Positions 25,873 to 34,746 of a stretch of 52,774 bases of DNA are shown piece by piece. The position numbers were made by a program, and so were the translations under genes. A model generated the notes under the pieces. The model did not search any database. It saw only the letters and a list, made by a program, of their open reading frames with translations, and was not told the DNA's origin. Location: the IMG/VR virus record IMGVR_UViG_3300012942_000057, positions 1 to 52,774 of that record. One strand, 5' to 3'. Numbering within the stretch: position 1 is the first letter of the stretch; every line of letters starts with the position of its first letter. Origin of the DNA: a virus (Duplodnaviria; Caudoviricetes).

Positions 25873-26675
25873 TGCCACAGTACAGTTTCGGCCAAGTCAT
25901 CGGTGTGACCGGGCCGGGTAATGGCTTCCAGGGCACGGTCAGCCGGTTCGGTGAACGTGTCATCATGGCGCGCGAGTTTATTCCATACAACGCCGTCAAC
26001 AACCTCTATTTCGGCGACCCCACGCTCATCCTGCCCGGAGTCGGCAGCGGTGGCGGGGCGGTCACGTCCGTGGCCGACGCGGTGGCCGCCTCGGCAGCCA
26101 ACATCGCCCTCATCGCGTCGGCGTTCGCCGGTATGGCCGTGCGCGAGGTCAAGACGCAGCTCTCCTACCCGGCGGGTCAGGCTCCTGGCATTCAGTTGGT
26201 CGGTTACTACGCCAACCAGCAGATGGCCGAGGTATTGGAGCGCGGCAACGGCACCATCCTGCTTTCCGTCGGCGCTCCGCTGGCCGAGGATCAGGTGTAC
26301 ACCCGCGTAGTGGCCAACACGGCCGTTCCCGCCGGACTTGTCGGCGACTGGGAGACCAACCCCGCCGCCACCGACCTGTTCAGTACCACGGCCACCGCGG
26401 CTGCCATTGGCACCGCCGTCACCGTGGCATCGGCGACCAATACCAAGAACGGCCAGGTCGTCACCGGCTTCGGTATCGCACCTGGAACATACGTCGCTTC
26501 CGGCGGCGGCACCACCGCCATCGTCCTCAACAAGGCGACCAACGCCATCATCCCGGCTGGCACGCCCATCACCTTCAGCAACCTCGTGGCGCTGCCCAAC
26601 GTTGTCGCGCGTACCGGCAACCTGGACAGCAACAACATCCTCGAAATCACCATCAAGGTCCGTAACGCGGCCTAA
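25872..26675 (+). CDS. capsid decoration/cement protein
   Basis: GFQGTVSR, FAGMAVREVK, EVLERG; lies between the scaffold and capsid genes. Confidence 0.8.
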   Translation: MPQYSFGQVIGVTGPGNGFQGTVSRFGERVIMAREFIPYNAVNNLYFGDPTLILPGVGSGGGAVTSVADAVAASAANIALIASAFAGMAVREVKTQLSYPAGQAPGIQLVGYYANQQMAEVLERGNGTILLSVGAPLAEDQVYTRVVANTAVPAGLVGDWETNPAATDLFSTTATAAAIGTAVTVASATNTKNGQVVTGFGIAPGTYVASGGGTTAIVLNKATNAIIPAGTPITFSNLVALPNVVARTGNLDSNNILEITIKVRNAA

Positions 26676-26689
26676 GGAGCAAGCAGACA

Positions 26690-27736
26690 ATGAAGCGTAC
26701 TATTCCAAATCGCGTGCGGGCGTTCGACGCTGCGGGCGCTACTGGTTTTGCATTCCTCCAGAGCCAGCTGGAACTCATCGATACGGACCTTGTTCGTCCG
26801 TTGCAGGCTGTCACGCACAAACGCGACATCGCTGTCGAGGTAGGCGGAGGCTTCCCCGAGTTCATCTCGGCGTTCGCTTCTAACTACGGCTCTACCGGCA
26901 CCCAGTTCTACGGGCTGCAAGGTACAAACAACACGGAAATCCCCGAAGCACAGGCCGACATCCAGAAGGGCATCTGGCGCACGTACAACTGGGCGATGGG
27001 AATGACCATCACCTGGATCGACCTGCGCCGCATGGAGACCGCCCTGCGCACCGGGCAGGCGCCCCCGTTCAGCTTGCAAGAGCTGTACGAGGAGTCGGTC
27101 GAGACCACATGGGGCAAGGCGCTTGACTTCGTCGTTTACGCCGGTTTCCTCGGCGATCCCGGCCTCATCAACAACCCGAATATCTTTGAGTCGGTCGCCG
27201 CGGCCGGCGCGGCCGGATCCACCACATGGGCGAAGAAGACCCCGCAGGAAATTCTTGCGGACGTCAACTTCGCGCTCAACCAGACGGTGGAGAACTCCGG
27301 CTACTCGGCCGAGGAGGGCATGGCGGACCGCATGCTCATCCCGTACACCCAGTTCGCCTACCTCACCCAGCCCATCGCAATCGGCGGCGCCCCGGTGGCG
27401 GTGAGCACGATCAAGTACATCGAGGAGAACTGCGTCGCGGCCCACCACGGCATCGACTTCAAGATCAACTTCCTCCCCAACCCGTGGATCAGCGGCACGG
27501 GCAGCGGCAACACGCTGCCTCCCGGCTCGGCCAACGGCGGCAACGGGCTCGACCGCGCGTTCTTCTACAAGAACTCAAAGAAGAGCGTGTACTTGAAGAT
27601 CCCGCAGCCGATGATCCAGGCGCTCAGCGTCCCGACGACCCGTTCCGGCGGTGCATATGAGACGATGTTCGCTGGATGTGTCAGCCAGGTCATCTATAAG
27701 CGGACAACCACGGCGTACTACTTAGACGGAGTGTAA
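26690..27736 (+). CDS. major capsid protein (DUF2184-type)
   Basis: FDAAG.GFAFLQSQLELID, GLINNP, WAKKTPQEILADVN; AAGGAG RBS. Confidence 0.9.
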   Translation: MKRTIPNRVRAFDAAGATGFAFLQSQLELIDTDLVRPLQAVTHKRDIAVEVGGGFPEFISAFASNYGSTGTQFYGLQGTNNTEIPEAQADIQKGIWRTYNWAMGMTITWIDLRRMETALRTGQAPPFSLQELYEESVETTWGKALDFVVYAGFLGDPGLINNPNIFESVAAAGAAGSTTWAKKTPQEILADVNFALNQTVENSGYSAEEGMADRMLIPYTQFAYLTQPIAIGGAPVAVSTIKYIEENCVAAHHGIDFKINFLPNPWISGTGSGNTLPPGSANGGNGLDRAFFYKNSKKSVYLKIPQPMIQALSVPTTRSGGAYETMFAGCVSQVIYKRTTTAYYLDGV

Positions 27737-27782
27737 TGCAAAGAACGCACACTTAGGCGCCTTTTTTCGATATAATTGACGT

Positions 27783-28307
27783 ATGGGAAAATCATCCTCT
27801 ACGGCAGTCGAACTGAGGCGCCTGCGTGGCGTCCTTAGATACCAGCCTCGAACAGGTAAGTTTATCTGGATCGTAAGGCGAAGCGCCACAGTACCAAAAG
27901 GCATGGTGGCTGGCACGGTAAAGAAAAGCGGTCATATACAACTCATGGTTTTTGGCAAGATGTACTATGCGCATCGCCTTGCCTGGTTGTTTATGAAGGG
28001 TGAATGGCCGCCTGATGGTCTTGACATTGACCATGAGGACGGTGTGCGTGCCAACAATAAGTGGAAGAACCTCCGTCTGGCCACGAATGGTCAGAACAAC
28101 TGGAACACCCGCAAGTTGTACAAAAGCAATACTAGCGGCAAGCGCGGCGTTTCTTGGGAGACGTTTCGACAGGCATGGATAGCGCGTGTCACCGTCGACG
28201 GTCATCAAATAAACCTCGGCGTATTTCCGAAGAATAAGTTGAAGGACGCCATCGCCGCGCGCAAAGCCGGCGAGCTGAAGTACTTCGGCGAGTACGCGCC
28301 AAAATAG
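27783..28307 (+). CDS. HNH homing endonuclease with AP2-like domain
   Basis: YYAHRLAW, IDHEDG..NN...NLR, NTSGKRGVSW, INLG.F; lower GC than its neighbours. Confidence 0.92.
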   Translation: MGKSSSTAVELRRLRGVLRYQPRTGKFIWIVRRSATVPKGMVAGTVKKSGHIQLMVFGKMYYAHRLAWLFMKGEWPPDGLDIDHEDGVRANNKWKNLRLATNGQNNWNTRKLYKSNTSGKRGVSWETFRQAWIARVTVDGHQINLGVFPKNKLKDAIAARKAGELKYFGEYAPK

Positions 28308-28324
28308 CGCGCCGCAAAATTTTC

Positions 28325-28366
28325 GCAAAGGAAAAGCCCCGCCCGACCGCGGGGCTTTTCCTTTGC
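28325..28366. terminator. bidirectional rho-independent terminator
   Basis: Perfect 18-bp inverted repeat GCAAAGGAAAAGCCCCGC with a 6-nt loop. Confidence 0.85.
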
Positions 28367-28481
28367 TCACCAGGTTGCGCGGGCGGTTCGAAGGCGATCG
28401 TCGCCGCTCCTTGCCGGCGTCCGTAACCGGACCGCCGCCCGCGCGACACACCAACCACGGAAGCAAGGAGATCACACAGCC

Positions 28482-28859
28482 ATGCCAATGACACTGTACT
28501 TCAAGCGCGCCAAGAACTTCGTGCAAAGCGACGACGCCGGGACAAAGAAATTCCTGGCTCAGCCAGGACCCACGCCGCAGAATGTTCCATTCTGGGTTGC
28601 CAATACGCCCACATTCAAGCAAGGCATCAAGGATGGAAGCATCGTCAACCTCACCCCGCCAGAGCAGATGCCCGGCTACAAGCCCGCACCGGCAGCCGTC
28701 CTCGTCGAGGAGGAACCAGAAGCTCCCGTCGCTCCCGATGAAGGGGAACAGACGGCGGTGCCTCAGGCTCCGTTCGGTGGCCAACCCATGACACCTGTAC
28801 AGCCTGCCCCGAAGGTTGGCAACGTGCGCGCGGCTGGTGGTCGTGGCGGCAATAAGTAA
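28482..28859 (+). CDS. hypothetical head/neck-associated protein
   Basis: AAGGAG RBS; VPFWVANTPTF..GIKDG; follows the capsid gene. Confidence 0.75.
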   Translation: MPMTLYFKRAKNFVQSDDAGTKKFLAQPGPTPQNVPFWVANTPTFKQGIKDGSIVNLTPPEQMPGYKPAPAAVLVEEEPEAPVAPDEGEQTAVPQAPFGGQPMTPVQPAPKVGNVRAAGGRGGNK

Positions 28860-28924
28860 CTAGTGAGTGTCGCTGGCCGTATTGAATTCACGGTCGGCCA
28901 GCGACGCAGTAAGAAGGAGACACG

Positions 28925-29923
28925 ATGGGCGGCTACGGCGGATATTTGCAGAATACACCGAATTTCGACGCGTGGCTGCAAACAGCATGGGGTTCTGGTG
29001 CCTCTTATGAAGTGGTTTGCAGTTGGTTTTACGGCGCGTCCAACTTCGTGTACGGGCAGAATCCACCGTACTACCTTGACGACTTCAAGGCCATCTACCC
29101 AAAATTCTTCGGTCTGCCAACCGCGCTCAGCGGCTGCGCGACCGTGCTCGGGACCAACACGGTTACGGTGCCGTCAGTGGTCGGCCTGGACTACGGCCAG
29201 TTTGTGCAGGCCTTCGGTGTGTTCCCCAAGGGTACGATCATCACGGGCATTTCCGCCGACACCATCACGCTCAACAATCCCGCCATTATCACCAACGCGA
29301 ATGCGACGCTCATGGTGTACGAATCGTCGCCAATTCCCATCGGCGTAATCCTGATGTACCTGCGGCTCGCGTACGATTCGCTCGTGCAGGCGCGCTGGCA
29401 AGAGGAGTGGTGCGTGGCCATGGGCTGGTTCACAGCACATTACTGCACACTGTACGCGAAATCTGACGCTAGCGAGGTATTCGAGACACTGCAGACGTCC
29501 ATGCATTCCGAAGTGCCTTCTGGCGTCAAACCAGGAACGGTCTACACGCTTAGCAGCACTCCGCCCGGCGGAGCCCTGCAGTCGCTCACCAAGAATGGTC
29601 TGTTCCAGACGCCGGGAATCGATTACGTGCTGGTCGGCTCCACCATCACCATGACCGACGCGACGACGGCGCGCGACGCCCTGTACGCGGTCTGGCCGGT
29701 GCAGACACAAGCAATAACGCCCGCCGTATTGAACGGAGCGCAGATAGCGGCGCAAGGTTTGGCGGGCGGCATACAGACATCCAAGTCCGTGGGCGACGTC
29801 AGCGTCGGCTATCAAGCATTGACTGCGTTGGAGGACTGGGGCGCGTGGAATCTTACGAGTTACGGCCAGCAATTGGCCACGATGGCCCGCGTGATCGGCA
29901 GCGGTCCGGCGCTTATATGGTAG
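28925..29923 (+). CDS. head-tail adaptor (DUF4054-type) with two inserted beta domains
   Basis: DFKAIYPKF, WFTAHYCTL, SKSVGDVSVGY, WNLTSYGQQL. Confidence 0.85.
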   Translation: MGGYGGYLQNTPNFDAWLQTAWGSGASYEVVCSWFYGASNFVYGQNPPYYLDDFKAIYPKFFGLPTALSGCATVLGTNTVTVPSVVGLDYGQFVQAFGVFPKGTIITGISADTITLNNPAIITNANATLMVYESSPIPIGVILMYLRLAYDSLVQARWQEEWCVAMGWFTAHYCTLYAKSDASEVFETLQTSMHSEVPSGVKPGTVYTLSSTPPGGALQSLTKNGLFQTPGIDYVLVGSTITMTDATTARDALYAVWPVQTQAITPAVLNGAQIAAQGLAGGIQTSKSVGDVSVGYQALTALEDWGAWNLTSYGQQLATMARVIGSGPALIW

Positions 29924-29944
29924 TGGAAAAGGGGCCGAGAAATA

Positions 29945-30349
29945 ATGTCTGACGATGAAGTGTCAAGTTTGCGGCGCGAGATAAGGGCGCTGTCCGATAA
30001 GTCAGACAATCAGCACGCCGCGAATCAAGCCAGTCAAGAGCGCGATCGCACCGCGTTCCAACAGGCCATTATTACACAGCAACAGACATTCGCCGCCGCA
30101 ATGAATGCCCAGCGCGACGTATTCCAGGAGGCGCTGAACAAGCAGTTCACGCTGCATGTCGACTTGGACAAGAAAGTTGACCGCCATACCATGCTTCTGG
30201 AGAACACGGTCGGAAGCGGTCAGCCAGGAGAGGGCAGGCTGGGCGTAGTAGAGGCCGGGATGGAGACCATGAAAAAGTTTCGTTGGCAGGCACTTGCCGT
30301 GGTTTCTCTGATGATGTGGGCCATAGAAGTGTGGCGCCATGGCCACTAA
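29945..30349 (+). CDS. coiled-coil protein with C-terminal TM (holin/XhlA-like)
   Basis: Gln-rich heptads, G.G.GRL.VVE, then a hydrophobic end. Confidence 0.6.
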   Translation: MSDDEVSSLRREIRALSDKSDNQHAANQASQERDRTAFQQAIITQQQTFAAAMNAQRDVFQEALNKQFTLHVDLDKKVDRHTMLLENTVGSGQPGEGRLGVVEAGMETMKKFRWQALAVVSLMMWAIEVWRHGH

Positions 30350-30905
30350 CACCGGGCCGCAAATCACCATCGCGCGAAAATCTGGCTCGGCGGCGTTGTT
30401 CAAGCGCATGGCTGGTTTGACAAAGACAGCGGCGTACGTGGGAATCCCGGCTTCTGGCAAAGACGCACGCACCCAGCAACTGCTGGAGCTGGCTGGCAAG
30501 ACTAACAGCAAGAAGAAAAAGGCGCGACTTACGAAGTCCGCTAAGACTGACATCAACAACGCCGAGCTGCTTTTCATCCAGGAGCACGGCAGCCCCATCA
30601 ACAAGATTCCGGCGCGCCGTGTGCTTGGTCCATCCGTAGAGGCAGACGGCAACAAGCAGGCCATAGCGCACGAGCTCTCCGCGTCTGTAAAGGCCTCGTT
30701 GGAAGGCGACACGGAGAAGTCAGAGCAGAAGATGCTAAGGGCTGCGCTAGCCGGACAGAATGCGGCTAGACGCTGGTTCACCGACGGACGCAATGGCTGG
30801 ACTCCGAATGCGCCTTCTACTGTAAAGCGCAAGGGCAGCGACAGGCCGTTGATCGACACCGGAGCGATGCGCGCGGCCATCGTAGGCGTCGTGCGAGAGG
30901 AATAG
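30339..30905 (+). CDS. neck/virion morphogenesis protein
   Basis: NAELLFIQEHGSP..IPAR, PNAPST..RKGS.RPLIDTG. Confidence 0.85.
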   Translation: MATNTGPQITIARKSGSAALFKRMAGLTKTAAYVGIPASGKDARTQQLLELAGKTNSKKKKARLTKSAKTDINNAELLFIQEHGSPINKIPARRVLGPSVEADGNKQAIAHELSASVKASLEGDTEKSEQKMLRAALAGQNAARRWFTDGRNGWTPNAPSTVKRKGSDRPLIDTGAMRAAIVGVVREE

Positions 30906-30963
30906 AAATGCCGCAAGATTCTGCGGCATTCGCAAAGGCCGTGTTCTTGTTCAGAGGCAAAGA

Positions 30964-31542
30964 ATGATATCAGTCAGAGAAGTAGTGGTAGACCCGGACA
31001 TGATCGCGCCCAAGCCTTTCACGATACTGCGCTCGGTCGGCAAGTTCGTGCCAGGAGGCTTCGAGTCTACGGTCATGCCGATTCCAATGTTCGGCCCGGT
31101 GCAGCAGGCCAGCAACAAAGAGTTGCAGATGCTGGCTGAGGCCGACCGCATTGGCAGTATACGCTCGTTCTGGAGTACGCAGCCCATCTACACCACGCGC
31201 GGATACGCTCCGGTGCCGGGAGTGCACGGCGAGGTGCCGCAAGGTTCTGGAACGACGTATACCTTGAGCGTAGCGCCTCCGGGCGGCGTGGTAGACGTCT
31301 ATTCCAATGGCCTGCTGCTGCAGCCGAACGGATACGACTACACCCTAGAAGGCGACGTTATCCAATTCAGGTTCGCGCCGCAGTACGCGCCCTACGTCGT
31401 ATGGCAGCAAAAGGTCAACGCAGCCACCAATGCCAGCGACATTATTCAATACGAGGCAGAGCAGTACCGCGTGCTCAATGTTTACTGGGATCCGGGCGGC
31501 GGATACCACAAGGCATTGGGAACCAGATTGGCGGCTGCGTAA
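30964..31542 (+). CDS. head closure protein with an inserted NG..DY module
   Basis: VVDPD, G.VQQAS.KELQML.E, SDIIQY...YRV. Confidence 0.75.
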   Translation: MISVREVVVDPDMIAPKPFTILRSVGKFVPGGFESTVMPIPMFGPVQQASNKELQMLAEADRIGSIRSFWSTQPIYTTRGYAPVPGVHGEVPQGSGTTYTLSVAPPGGVVDVYSNGLLLQPNGYDYTLEGDVIQFRFAPQYAPYVVWQQKVNAATNASDIIQYEAEQYRVLNVYWDPGGGYHKALGTRLAAA

Positions 31543-32147
31543 TGGCTAGCATAACCTACCCCAACGGTCAGACGCTTACGTCCACGGCGCTGACAACGCA
31601 GCAGGTCAATATTCTGGTGCAAGCTATCACGTGCGGCATGCTTGGTATCAATCCGGTGGATGTCTCGGCGGTGCGCGTCGACTGGCAGGCGCAAGGGCAG
31701 CCAGACGTGGCGCTGCCGAGCCAGGATAGCTGCTACGTCAGCTGCGTGCTGCAAGATGTGGAATACAGCCGCGTACGCGACCATACGCTGGCAGGAGAAG
31801 GCAGCGTAGACGAGACGTGGGTGTATACGCGTGGATGGCGCTTCGAATGGGTGGCGTACGGACCGAACAGCTTCGACCGCATGCGCGCTGTGCATTCCGC
31901 GCTGTTCCAAGACTACTTCAACGACGCGTTCGCCGCCAGCAATCTCTATCCTGTCCTCGAGCCTTCCGAGCCGGTGCGCCTTCCCATTAAGCACAATGCC
32001 CAATGGTACGACAGCACTCAATTTCATTGCGTATTCTACGAGCAAGTAACGGAGACAATCCAGACGCCAGCAGTTTCCAGCGTTGAAATCAAAGTCTACG
32101 ACGGGTCTCCCAACGATCCAATCGCTGACGTAACGATCACCTCATAG
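31542..32147 (+). CDS. neck/tail terminator protein
   Basis: VRVDWQ..GQP, YTR, YGPNS; precedes the sheath gene. Confidence 0.75.
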   Translation: MASITYPNGQTLTSTALTTQQVNILVQAITCGMLGINPVDVSAVRVDWQAQGQPDVALPSQDSCYVSCVLQDVEYSRVRDHTLAGEGSVDETWVYTRGWRFEWVAYGPNSFDRMRAVHSALFQDYFNDAFAASNLYPVLEPSEPVRLPIKHNAQWYDSTQFHCVFYEQVTETIQTPAVSSVEIKVYDGSPNDPIADVTITS

Positions 32148-32161
32148 GAGCCTAATCCATC

Positions 32162-33562
32162 ATGGCGCAAACACCGCCTCTTTCGCTTTCCAATATCGTA
32201 GACATCACGGTGCAGGTGTCGCCCGCGTCGCCTACCACCAATTCTTTCAACGTTGGCTTGTTCATCGGACCCAGTCCGGTCATCCCGTCCTACGGCGCTG
32301 ATTCGCGCGTACGGCTCTACACAAGCACATCGGCCATGCTCACCGACGGTTTCACGGTCGATGACCCGGAATACCTGGCCGCGCAGATATACTTCTCGCA
32401 GACGCCTCCGGCATTCCAGGTCGCGATCGGGTGCCAGGATTTGACGGCGCTACAGACGATCACGATCGACACCGCCGGAACTGACTGGGCCGTGGGCGAC
32501 CAATTCAACGTGGTACAAGGCAGCGCCAACTATGGCATCGGCGTGGTGCTGGCCGAGACTGCCGGAGTACCGACGTCCATTGGAGTGCTTACCGGCAATC
32601 AGGGCACTGGTTACAGCATAGCCACCGGACTGGCCACGACTGCCGTCAGTCCCTCCACTGGCACCGGTCTGACTGTGGACGTAACGGCCATAGGGGAGAC
32701 GCTGTTGCAGGCAGCCACTGCATGCCGCGCAGCCAGCGGCGACTGGTATGGGCTCACGGTTAACGCTCCGGTAGACGCGGACAATCTGGCCATTTCCGAA
32801 TGGGCCGACCCGCTTTGGGAGAGCACGCGCTACTACCCGTACTTCAACGACGCGTCAATCCCCGCCGGAACAGCCAACAATGTGGCGTTGCAACTGCAGG
32901 CCATGAAACTGCGCGTACTCGGACAGTACGCTACGACGCAGAACGACCTTTATCCCAACAACGTCTATGCGGCGGTCGCATTGATGGGCGTGGAGATGGG
33001 TCTGAACACTGGGCTGGCTGGCAGCTTCTTCACGGTGGCGCACAAAACCTTGGCTGGGATTGCGCCAGAGCCGCTTACGCAGACGCAGTACACCAATTTG
33101 AAGACCGCTGGCGTGAACGTGTACGGGACATTCCAATCGTACCAATTGGAAGAGCCGGGGTTCATGTCCGACGGCTCGCCTTCCTACTTGTGGCTAAATC
33201 TGGCACGCTACGTGGCTCTGCTACAGAGCGAGACTTTGGCCGTGTTGCAAGACAATCCCGCTGTGCAGCAAAACAACGCCGGGGAGCAGCTGCTGTTGCA
33301 CGGCGCTAACAACGCCGGAACCACGATGGCGAACATCGGATTTTTGTCCGGCGGAGTTTGGAACGGCGCGTCCATTAACATCACTGGCCTGTCTATCACG
33401 AACGGACAGGCGATTCCTTCTGGGTTTTTGAACATGGCGCAGCCATACACGCAACAGTCGCCTTCCGACAGGGCGGCGGGCAAGGCGATGCCCATCTACT
33501 CGTTCATCACCACGGCTGGCGCGGTTCAGTCTCTCGTAATCGGAGTTTACACCCAGCTGTAA
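32162..33562 (+). CDS. tail sheath protein (DUF3383-type)
   Basis: LSNIVDITV, RVRLY, PEYLAAQIYFSQTP, C-terminal AGAVQS.VIGV. Confidence 0.9.
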   Translation: MAQTPPLSLSNIVDITVQVSPASPTTNSFNVGLFIGPSPVIPSYGADSRVRLYTSTSAMLTDGFTVDDPEYLAAQIYFSQTPPAFQVAIGCQDLTALQTITIDTAGTDWAVGDQFNVVQGSANYGIGVVLAETAGVPTSIGVLTGNQGTGYSIATGLATTAVSPSTGTGLTVDVTAIGETLLQAATACRAASGDWYGLTVNAPVDADNLAISEWADPLWESTRYYPYFNDASIPAGTANNVALQLQAMKLRVLGQYATTQNDLYPNNVYAAVALMGVEMGLNTGLAGSFFTVAHKTLAGIAPEPLTQTQYTNLKTAGVNVYGTFQSYQLEEPGFMSDGSPSYLWLNLARYVALLQSETLAVLQDNPAVQQNNAGEQLLLHGANNAGTTMANIGFLSGGVWNGASINITGLSITNGQAIPSGFLNMAQPYTQQSPSDRAAGKAMPIYSFITTAGAVQSLVIGVYTQL

Positions 33563-33577
33563 TTTTGGAGGAAATAG

Positions 33578-34033
33578 ATGGCAACGGGAAGGACTTACTC
33601 TTTCAAATCTTTGACGGGTGTTCTCACGAACACCGTCTTCGGAGTCACCATTCCGCTTACGGGCGGCAACATCGGTGTCGGCAGTATCACAGTGCGCATG
33701 AACATGACGCGTACCACGCACGACGTGGCGGCGGACGGCACGGTCATGCCTTCGTACGTAGCTGGCGACAACGGCGAGGTGGACATACAGGTGCAAGAGA
33801 CGTCAGCCGTGCACTCCGAGCTACTGGCACTCTACAACCTGTGCGTATTGGCGGCTGACAACGAGGACGTAAGCGGCTGGGCTGCCACGGCCATTTCGTT
33901 TACGCTGCTCATCGACGGCTCTACGCATACGCTCACCGGCGTGAGCTTCGACAAGATACCGGACAAGCCGTACGAGGCCAATGGCCAGAAGATGATCTGG
34001 AAGCTGCTAGCGGCCAACATCATTAACCAGTAG
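33578..34033 (+). CDS. tail tube protein
   Basis: TYSFK, DVAADG.VM.S, QETS; follows the sheath gene. Confidence 0.85.
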   Translation: MATGRTYSFKSLTGVLTNTVFGVTIPLTGGNIGVGSITVRMNMTRTTHDVAADGTVMPSYVAGDNGEVDIQVQETSAVHSELLALYNLCVLAADNEDVSGWAATAISFTLLIDGSTHTLTGVSFDKIPDKPYEANGQKMIWKLLAANIINQ

Positions 34034-34060
34034 TACAGCGCTGCAAGGAGCGCGTTTATC

Positions 34061-34531
34061 ATGCAAGCAAGGACAAAGACAGTAGAACTTTCCGGTCAGC
34101 GCTTTCAAATCCGCAGACTGTCGCCAGAAGTAGGTAGTTTCGTCTTCATGCGAATGCTTGGCGTAAGCATGCGCGACCGCGTTGCTGCCCCGGAGCCTTC
34201 TTCGGAGCGTAAGGAGGAATCAGCAGCGGAGGAGCAAGTTGTAACCGGCGAGATGCGCGTGCGTGCGCTGTCGTTCGGGGTGTTTTCTGGCGGCATGAAC
34301 TTCGCAGACTTCAAGTTCATACAAGATAACTGCATGCGCTCTGTGGCAATCATTTCAGAACGCGGCGGCAGTGAATTTCCAATGCCGCTTGTTACTGGCG
34401 ACGGTGTGTGGACACCTGAGGGCCAGCCCATTGCAGACGACATAGGACTCGTCATGAGGCTTACCACCGAGGTCTTGGTGTTCTGCTTCTCCGATTTTTT
34501 CGCCGAGGGCGGCCATGGTATGCAAGTCTAG
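34061..34531 (+). CDS. tail assembly chaperone
   Basis: Lies between tube and tape measure; ends FSDFF at a slippery T TTT TTC. Confidence 0.8.
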   Translation: MQARTKTVELSGQRFQIRRLSPEVGSFVFMRMLGVSMRDRVAAPEPSSERKEESAAEEQVVTGEMRVRALSFGVFSGGMNFADFKFIQDNCMRSVAIISERGGSEFPMPLVTGDGVWTPEGQPIADDIGLVMRLTTEVLVFCFSDFFAEGGHGMQV

Positions 34532-34743
34532 ATGATGAAGGCGCGACAGGCTTCGAGGCGGCGCAGTTCCCTACCTTGAACGCACTATTGTGGCGTCCCA
34601 TTGCCGCCGGGCTTTGGAGGCAGCACGAAATTTTTGACGGCACGTACGACATTGGTGACTTGCTGGATGTGCTGGAATTCCTGGACGTCAAAGAGGAAAA
34701 CGAGCGCAGACAACGCGCCGCAGCAGCGACAGATAGGAGTTGA
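34495..34743 (+). CDS. -1 frameshift extension of the tail assembly chaperone
   Basis: Heptamer TTTTTTC at 34495-34501; -1 frame is open to TGA 34743 (LLWRP...DGTYDIGDLLD...DVKEEN) and has no ATG. Confidence 0.8.
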   Translation, partial: FFRRGRPWYASLDDEGATGFEAAQFPTLNALLWRPIAAGLWRQHEIFDGTYDIGDLLDVLEFLDVKEENERRQRAAAATDRS

Positions 34744-34746
34744 CGA

